Below the pieces are notes generated by a model. It saw nothing but the letters and a program-made list of their open reading frames with translations. It searched no databases and was not told where the DNA came from. From Blastocladiella emersonii ATCC 22665 (lineage: Eukaryota > Fungi > Blastocladiomycota), in NCBI GenBank assembly GCA_025594325.1, contig JANHCV010000002.1, forward strand, positions 1,426,001 through 1,490,000: DNA of 64,000 nucleotides, in the 5' to 3' direction. Made by a program: the position numbers and the translations under genes. Below are positions 56,176 through 64,000 of this stretch, in pieces; within the stretch, counting starts at the first letter, position 1, and the number at the start of each line of letters is the position of its first letter.

Positions 56176-56611
56176 TTAGTTGCAGCCGTCGCCGTAGTAG
56201 CCCCAAGTCGTAGCTGCCGTACGAGTCGCCGCCGTAGTACCCAGAGTCGTACGAGCCGTACGAGTCGCCGCCGTAGTAGCCGGAATCGTAGCCGCCGTAC
56301 GAGTCGTCGCCGTAGTAGCCGGAATCGTAGCCGCCGTACGAGTCGTCGCCGCAGCCATCGTCGCCGTAGTAGCCCGAGTCGTAGCCGTACGAGTCGTCGC
56401 CGTAGTAGCCCGAGTCGTAGCCGCCGTACGAATCGTCACCGTAGTAGCCCGAGTCGTAGCCGCCGTACGAATCGTCACCGTAGTAGCCCGAGTCGTAGCC
56501 CTTCGAGTCGTCACCGTAGTAGCCCGAGTCGTAGGAGCCGTACGAGTCGTCGCCGTAGTAGCCCGAGTCGTAGCTGCCGTACGAGTCGTCGCCGTAGCCG
56601 TAGCCAGTCAT
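56176..56611 (-). CDS. Tyr/Gly/Asp/Ser-rich tandem-repeat protein (13-aa unit YDSGYYGDDSYGG, ~10 copies)
   Basis: CATAAATA TATA-like box at ~56765 and ATG 56611. The last unit has an extra G (TTGGGG for TCGGG); removing it restores ...YYGDGCN* at 56176. Confidence 0.7.
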
Positions 56612-57589
56612 GGTGACGGAGGGGGTGGGTGGTGGGGAGAGGAGGGGAGGCTGTGCGACCGAAGGCGCAGGCGGAGGTGTGCAAGGGTGCAAGGGAGGAG
56701 AGAGAGGACTGGGAGGTGCTCGCTGTCGAATCGAGAGGGAGGGATGCGGGGCGGCGGCCGGTATTTATGGGCGGGCCGGGTCATGAGCGGGGACGGTGAG
56801 GGCGGAGACGGCGAGCAGGGAGCAGCGGCGGTCGTGCAGCTCGAGATCCAGCGAGGAAGGCGGCGAGAAGGACGTGGAGGCCGACGCGAAGCAAGCGCAT
56901 AGATCCGCTTCCACGGCGAGCGGCCGCGGTGAGCAGCTTGCCTCCCTTGCCGATCGAGGGCGGATCCCGCCGGCGTCGCGATGATGGAAGGGACGCGCCG
57001 CGAAATGATCTAGCCGGCGGCTCCAGTTCCGGTGCGGCAGCAGCGTGATCGCTTCCACGCGCGCGCAGCTAGGCTCCCTCGCCAGCTGGCGCATGGAGCC
57101 AGACGCCACCTTCCCGAAGAGTCGGCAGGGACACGCGGCGCGATCTCGAGGCCCGCTCGAGCCGTTGCGCTAGATCCAGTCGCGCTCGCCGCGCGCCATC
57201 GGGGTGCCGACGCCAAGGCAGGGTCCACTTTCGCGGAGCTTCGCGTGGCCGCTGCGGCGCGCTGCGCATTGCATCCAGTTGGTTTCCATTTGCTTGCATC
57301 CGCGTCGGCAGGGACACGTGGGATGTGGGAGCGGGATGTGGGAGCAGTTCCCTTGGTGGGAGCTTGGGCGAAGCGGCCGGCTGGGAAAGTGTCTCGCGGC
57401 TCGCGTTTCAGCCGCGATGGCTGGTCACGCCTTTTCGCGACGCGTCTCCGCATGCGCGAGAGAGGCCCGAGAGACGCGAGCTGCTTTCCGATCGTGGAGA
57501 ACGGCCGAGAAGGTCAATTTGGAAGCAAAGCAGAGGTTATAGTACACTAGGTTCGAACGATACAAATACTTACACAACCGAAACCCGCT

Positions 57590-58230
57590 AGACTTGGAGC
57601 GCACACGCGCGCTCCCTCCCTTCCACTCCCCCTCATATGAGAATGATGCGAAAGAGGGCGTCGGCCACGTCGAGGTTAAACTCATCGGAGCCTTCGGGGC
57701 GAAAGAGCGGAGGGAGCAGCCCAAAGCGGCGGTGTGCGACGATGGCTGCGCGAGGTCGCGGGTCCGCGATAAGCTCGGGCCTGGTCTTCGACTCGGAGTC
57801 AATGATGGCGCGGAACACGGCTTCAACGTTTTGCGGGACCCGATCAGGGAAGCAGCCGCGTGAGCCCCATGAAGGCGCTTGCAATGATGGAGAACGCTGT
57901 TCACCTCGGCGTGACACTGTTCGGCACTTTCGGCGAGCTTTCCGGCAACTTCGACGAGCTCCCCGCGCGTTTTGTAACGAGCAGCGATCCCAGGAAGCGG
58001 TGTCTCGGGGAACAGCTCGTCAGCGAAAACATCGCGCGGAACGTGCCCGCCACTGCCAACGAATCGGTATTCATCGGGAGCGGGGAGAGTCTCGATGACA
58101 AGGGAAGCGGTGGGAGGAGCGTTCGCCGGAAGCGGTGCAAGATGCGCGGGATGCGCGGTAGAGGACACGGGTCAGGCGCCCTTGCCGCGGCCGCGGCCGC
58201 GCTTGCCGCCGCGCTTCATTTGGCTCATAG
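57590..58230 (-). pseudogene. Frameshifted coding remnant, unassigned
   Basis: Protein-like segments occur in alternating frames (DEYRFVG...ELVEVAGKLAES; FPDRVPQNVEAVFRAII...DALFRIILI). Confidence 0.3.
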
Positions 58231-58591
58231 TATGCGTTGCAAAGATTTTTCGCGACTCGGAGAGTTGCGTTAGGACTTTGGTGAAGGCGAAAATTGTGCC
58301 ACGACGCGCGAGCTGACCAACGCGAACCGCTGCCGATCATCACGCGAGCGTCACATGATTTCGCAACGCGTCTCGCACCGCCTCGTCTCGCGCCGCACTT
58401 CCCCGAAAAGCCGATGCTCTTGCCGCGCAGGTGTCACCTTTCCGAAACGCGCCGAAAAATATCGGGCGGTCGAGGTGCCGCTCAGTGGCAAGCCGTTGCG
58501 AGACGCAACGCGCAGTGCGATCTGCTCAGTGTGGAGAAAATGGACGCGATTTATTGCGAACAGAAATGAGAAAACTGTTGAGTTTCAGAGC

Positions 58592-60327
58592 TCAGACAGC
58601 CTCGTTCGACCCAACGCGGTTTGCCACAACATCTGATGCGTTTCCAGTTAGCTCAGTGGCCGTGACCTGCGCCTCCTTTCCGAGCTTGGCGCGATGCGCC
58701 GCCTGCGCGCGTCGGTTCTCCTTGTACGCGAGATTCATGCAGCGAATGAACAAGAAACCGATCACGACGACGGCGGTCAGCAACGCGACCACCATGACCA
58801 CGATAACGACGCCCCATCTCTCGCCAGCCTCCTTGCTCTCAGGCTCAAAATGCATGAGCCAGCCCCCACCACCCCGTTTCACCGGAGCAACCTCGAGAGT
58901 TGGCTCTTCCGAGCGCGGCGAGGGTTCGGAGAGCGAAAACATCATGAACAGGAGCGGCGCGGTGCTGCTGTTCCCACTCGCGGCGGTAGCGGGCATTGGC
59001 GCAGGGCTTGAGAACACGACGAGCGAGGTACCCGACTTGAAAGTACCACCACCGTGATAGAGAGTAAGAACGGGCGGCGACGTGGTCGTGAGCTTCGGGA
59101 CGGTGGTGATCTGGCGCGGCGGAGCCCAGCGAGGGTAGATGGTGATAGACTCCATGGTGAGCGGCTGCAGCGGCGAGGACGCGGGGGCGGAAACGTTCGC
59201 AGTGCCGCCGTACACGAGAACAAACTGCCGGTCGTACTCGCCCGAGGGAGCGCCGTCGCCCCAGCTGGTCTTGTACACGGCCATCTGGTGAAACGCACGT
59301 GGCTCGATGAGTCCGTCGCGAATCTACAAGGCTCGTTAGGGATAGCTCACGGACTAGCGTGGAACGGCAAGAGCGTACTGGTGACCAAATCCGCGCGCGG
59401 AGATTAAACGTCCAAACGTCGCCGAGAACTGCGGTTGCGTTGAAACCGCCCGAGAGTATCAGCGTTGTGTTTGAAAGCACGGCAAGCGCGCCATGCGAGC
59501 GAGCCGGAGGCACAGTAGTGGTTGACGGCGCGATCATCGTCAGGTTACCAACCTACATAGGAAACGTCAACTCGAAATCCCTACTGATTCGCGTTGTTCG
59601 ATGGTACCGCGTCGATCGAGTAGAGATCGCTCTTATTGTCGAGGATGTAGGTCGATGGAGTGGTAGAAGCCGAGTACGACGTGGTGCTGAAGCTCACCGA
59701 GGCCCAATCGATCGCGGCCTCAAGTGCGGTCGCCGTTCTGGCCTTGGTGATGACGCGGGCGGCGGGCAAGGTGTCGTTAACATTGGCGCGTCCAAACCGG
59801 TTCACCTCGACGACTTTTCGGTCCTTGGTAAGCGGGTAGCCTCGGAGGACGGCCGTCTCGTTGAAGTCGGCCGCAAAAGTTGGCTGCGCGAGTGGGATCC
59901 AGCGCACGGACTCGGCCTGGACGCCGTCACCAAGGAGCTTCTCCCACTTTCCTTCGGCTTCGGGCGCAGCGGAGCGGTATGCGGCAGGCCACTCCGACCT
60001 CGTCTCGTTGGTGAACGGGTTCCAGCGGTCTGTGACCGGCATCGGAGCCATATCAATGCGCCAGGCGGCGGCCAGGTCAAGTAGCGCAGCCGAACCACCG
60101 CGCACGACGTAGACTCGCTCACGCGCGGCATAGCTGGGCGGCACGACTGCGACGGCCGAGCTGAAGTTGTCGAGCAGATCGGCCGTCGGCCAGACAGCGC
60201 GGTCACGGGCGAGGTCGGCGACGCGCTGCTTCTGCGTTGCCTCCGTGAACGGCGCAGTAAGCGCTGCGACAGGCAGCACAAGCGCCGCGACGGCAGCGAT
60301 CAGACCGAGGGTATACATTTGCTTCAT
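58592..60327 (-). CDS. Secreted/type I membrane protein with Kelch-like repeats
   Basis: Signal peptide MKQMYTLGLIAAVAALVLPVAA, Kelch motif PPARSHGALAVLSNTTLILSGGF...DVWTFNL...WS, TM segment WGVVIVVMVVALLTAVVVIGFLFI and basic stop-transfer. Two introns inferred. Confidence 0.7.
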
Positions 60328-60953
60328 GTTGCGATAGGAGAGACCACAGCAAGCTGGACGAAGGTGATCTCTCGTGAGAGCGCGATCGAAACGCGGGGCG
60401 GCTCCTCCGAATCGAGTCGTTTGGCCAGCGACGCGGAACGTTCTGCCTGGTGGTCGCTGCGGCGCTGCCACCCAGCCTGGCGTTCGATCCGGTGCCCCCT
60501 CACATCAGTCACATGATAGTTTGACGCGTCTCCAGTGTACAGATAGCTTGCAAGGGGCAAGAAGGTCACTTAGTGCGACCAAAGGAAGATCGGTGCACTA
60601 CCGCCTCAGGAAACGCCGTGAGCTTTGCCCAAAGCCGCCCAGGCATATCCTATTCGAAAGAGCAGCATTCTGATAAACGTCGTTGCTTGCGATGAGTTGG
60701 AGAGGGGCAGCTGCGTGCACCGCGCTCCCGCGCAACATGTCTCGTGCGTGAGACGCGTTTCAATATGATGTGACCGTTGTATTACCTCATGGCGCAAGTT
60801 GAAGCTTGAGAGCTCGATCAAAGCTTACTCACTGCTGCACGTAGTATTGGAGAAGGGCAAACTCGCAGATAGCACAGCCACACGGGCAGTGCAGAGGATG
60901 GAGAGTTGGCGATGCTGTACAGATCCGTTCGCCACCCTAACCGCTCGTCCAGC

Positions 60954-61429
60954 TCACTGACGCATGATGGGGCGCAGAATGAGGTGGATCTCGCCCTTGG
61001 CGACCTTCTTGCCCTTCTTGTTGGTCAGCGGGTACCACAGGTCGAGCTTGCCGTTGCGAACAATATCGTCGATGTTGATCTCCACCGAGCCGAGATGGTC
61101 GTCGCGGCGGAGCGAGTCGTTGTCCCAGATCTCGACGTGGACCTTGTTGGAGAAGGTGCCCTTGGTGAGCTCAAACTTCTCGTCCCAGACGGGGTTGACG
61201 GTCTTGCGCTGGACCGCGGTCTTGTGCTTGTGCGTCAGACCCGCCGACACGATGACGTAGGGGTCCGACTTGCGGCCGAGGATGCCGTCCTCGCCCTCGA
61301 GGTGGCGGGCCTCAACTACGTGGCACGCCGCGTCAGCGGCGGTGCTCTGCAGCTGCGGCTCGTGCGGACGGCGGCGCTCGAGGTGGCGCACTCACCAACG
61401 GTGATCTCAACAGCGGAAACCTGGGACAT
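60954..61429 (-). CDS. Single C2-domain protein, 2 exons
   Basis: TATAAAA at ~61515. MSQVSAVEITV|VEARHL...SDPYVIV...KTAVQRKTVNPVWDEKF...VEIWDND...DDHLG. Confidence 0.9.
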
Positions 61430-62048
61430 GATGTGACGTGTGTGTTGATGCGTAGAGTTACAACGATGCGTTGCTGGAGAGCGAGAGCTGGACGCGCGGG
61501 GCGGTCGCCTTTTATAGGGCGTCCTTGCGTTTTAAGGCCGTGAAAACGCCCGGAAGCCAAGAGCGGGGAGCGCGAGTCGCTGCGCCACAGCACGGACTCT
61601 GTCGCACGTGCGAGAAAACGCGCTCCTGATCAGGGACGTGCACCACGACGCGAGCCTACCGGGTCACGGACGCGCTTCGTCTAGTCGAACCTGGCGCTCG
61701 CCCGGTGATGTTGGTGATGTTCCTCGACCGTGCGCGAGCCCGGGGAAGTCACGGCGTCGTGAGAACGGTGAGGAAGGGGGAGCGAGCCCAGCTCTGATCT
61801 GACATCACGTCCAGCGGCCGCTCTACGCATCACGCGGACATGATCGACGCGTCCTTCATCGGTCGCCAACCATGAGGAACCTGCATCGCTCCCATAGCTT
61901 CGCATCTGACCAAAAAACAAATCATCATGACGCTGTAGCTCAAAAACGTTCATCGTTCGTTCTCTGGGGCCTTAAGCTCCACTCCATTCCGCAAGTCCGG
62001 TAGAAAACTTTCATCTTAGAAAATGGGACAAAGGAACAAATCGTGGGA

Positions 62049-63856
62049 TCAGATCGAGATGTCGAGACCTGCAGGTGCGGCCTCATGAATGGCGGCTTCG
62101 TTGTTTGGATCGATTGCATTTCCCAAAAGGCCCAGAAACGTGAGACTAGGTGGAGCACCGGCGACGATTGAAAGAGCGCCAGTAAGGGTGAGTTTGTTCG
62201 CGGTGAGGTCAAGCTTGGCCAAGGACTGAGGGAGTCCATCACTCAGGATGGACGCACACGCGTCATCAAGTTGCCCGGAGTGCAGCGAAAGGTTTTCGAG
62301 CCGCGGCGCCATATGTTGAACAAGAGCCCGAGTGGCCGTTCTATCAAGGATCGAACCGGCGAGTTTGAGAATGCGCAGCGAGGGCGGCAAGTCATGGAAG
62401 AGCCTGGCCGTCTGCGTCGCTGAAAAGTTGCACGAGCAACTGTCAAGAACCGTCAAATCGCTCGGAAAGCTAAGTGCAAGTGCAGCAACTTCAATGTCAT
62501 GGAGCGAATTGCCTCCAATGTCAAGAGTTGTAAGCGAATTGGGAAGTGCGACAAAAAGACTGGTCGCCTCGATTGATTCAAGCTTGCTCCGCGTGAGCCT
62601 GAGTAGCCCAAGCGACCGAGGCAGTACACTTGCAATAGCACGAGTGCCATACTGGTAGAGTTTGATATCAGTCAGGTCAAGCTCGACAAGCGTCGGAGGA
62701 AGCGGCTGGATTTCAACGGGTGCCTCAGCGCGCTCGAGCTTGTTGCGCGCCAGGTTGAGCAATTGAAGCGAGGCGGGGAGCCGATCCAAGACGGCCGAGA
62801 GACCGGCCAAGGTAAACTTGTTACCGTTTTGCACGTACAGCTTTTCCAGAGTCGGAGGAAGGGTCTGCACAACGGCGAGTAAGCTGTCATCGTCGAGGCT
62901 GCAATCAGAAATGGAGAGACACTGGAGCGTGCTTGGCAGGGTACCGTGAAAGAGCAGCGGCACGATGTTGGTAAGGTCGATGCTCATGAGGACGAGCGTC
63001 TCGAGACGCGAGGGCCAGCGCACGGGGTCAAGCAAGTCACGGTGCACGCGGCCAGTGTCGCTCAGCCAGTGTCCAGCAAGGCGGACGTCGGCCACCGAAT
63101 CGGGAATGCATAGAGCAGTCAGCCGTGGGAGATTCGTCGTACATCCGAGAATCGAAAGCTTTTGGAGTTGCTACGACGGGCTAGTCATGGCTTCATTCAG
63201 CTGTTCAATCCCATCTCGTGAGATCGGCTCATGAAGCAGCTCTAGCTCGTGAATTGCACCGCTCGCAATCGAGTCGAACGACTCTGCGATGGCTCGATAA
63301 ACGACCTGAGTCGACTTGGTGCCCTACAGAGCAAAATTCACAGGTTGGCTGGTTAGCGGGATAACGCTGTTACGGATTAACGAAACACGCACCGCAAAAA
63401 CCACGGTGTCCTCGTGCTCATCCTCAAACTCGTCGACGTCGACGTCAAGCCCAAGAGCAACGCGCACGTCACTCCATACGTCGCCGTTGGATATCTCGAG
63501 CTCGTCAAGCCAATCCGCAAGCTCTGGGGCCGAAAAGTCCAGCGCGTTCGCATCTCGCCACCACTCAAGCACTTCGAGATGCCGCGAGTCAATCGCCCGT
63601 TGCAGGGCTTCGGCGGAACACTCGAGCGGCGCAAGGCTGTTGGCGACCCAGCGACACTGCCGCGAGCCGTGGCCTCGTCGACCGAGAAAGCAGCTGCGTG
63701 AGACAAGATGGCCGGCTCGATGCGAGGGGTAAGCTTCCGCGGCATTACGCGGGCATACTGCAAGAAACATTCAGCGTCATCGTCCGCGTCGTGGAGCTCG
63801 ATGGCGAATAACAGGATCCGCTCGATGACTTCGGGTAAGTGCAAGGTGCCAAACAT
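62049..63856 (-). pseudogene. Ankyrin-like N-terminus plus RNI-like LRR gene with inactivating lesions
   Basis: LRRs LPxxLxxLxLxxN in 62049-63095 and an N-terminal HLEVLEWW motif. There is a frameshift near 63655 and an in-frame TAG at 63173-63171 after splicing intron ~63392-63324. Confidence 0.7.
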
Positions 63857-64000
63857 GGTTGCATCAGCTTAACATTGGTCGCAGGCTGTGATCGAGGGGA
63901 GAGTTGATTAGGAGAGGGAGAAGGAACGGGACGGTGGCGCACGCGCTCGCCCCCGCGCACTCCCACCATCTACTTCCCTCCCGAGATTTATACTCGCACA

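Noticed and set aside
1-64000. rRNA or tRNA genes
   Set aside because: No recognizable conserved rRNA segments or tRNA cloverleaf/box A-B patterns were seen by eye; tRNAscan-SE/Infernal would be decisive.

Overview
This is GC-rich, intron-containing eukaryotic DNA. Introns are mostly 55-75 nt with GTACG/GTGCG donors, CTGAC/CTAAC/CTCAC branch sites and YAG acceptors. DNAAF3 and a FUZ-like gene imply a flagellated lineage, most likely a zoosporic fungus (inference). 1-10.8 kb holds lineage-specific families: tandem F-box/LRR genes, an F-box with a PP2-like domain, and three 7TM receptor-like paralogs (the middle one a disrupted pseudogene) sharing a conserved promoter motif. 10.8-36.5 kb is a dense conserved core: EF-hand NADPH oxidase, NUDCD1, aldo-keto reductase, DNAAF3 tail-to-tail with FUZ-like, CHY zinc finger, PHD protein, and SKI2 head-to-head with SKI3 (about 160 bp between inferred starts). 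36.5-49.5 kb is an accessory island. Two inverted copies of a non-autonomous Helentron-type rolling-circle element (asymmetric subTIRs, 3' hairpin plus CTAG, PIF1 remnant, intact cargo gene) bracket a 3.8-kb segment. That segment appears to be inverted, because the two halves of a host ORF rejoin in frame at an A|T target. It contains a curlin-like Q/S/G repeat gene. 49.8-64 kb holds a large secreted protein with TSP1-like repeats and a choice-of-anchor-A domain, a Tyr/Gly/Asp repeat protein, a Kelch membrane protein, a C2 protein and an LRR pseudogene. All family calls come from motif recognition by eye; no database searches were run.
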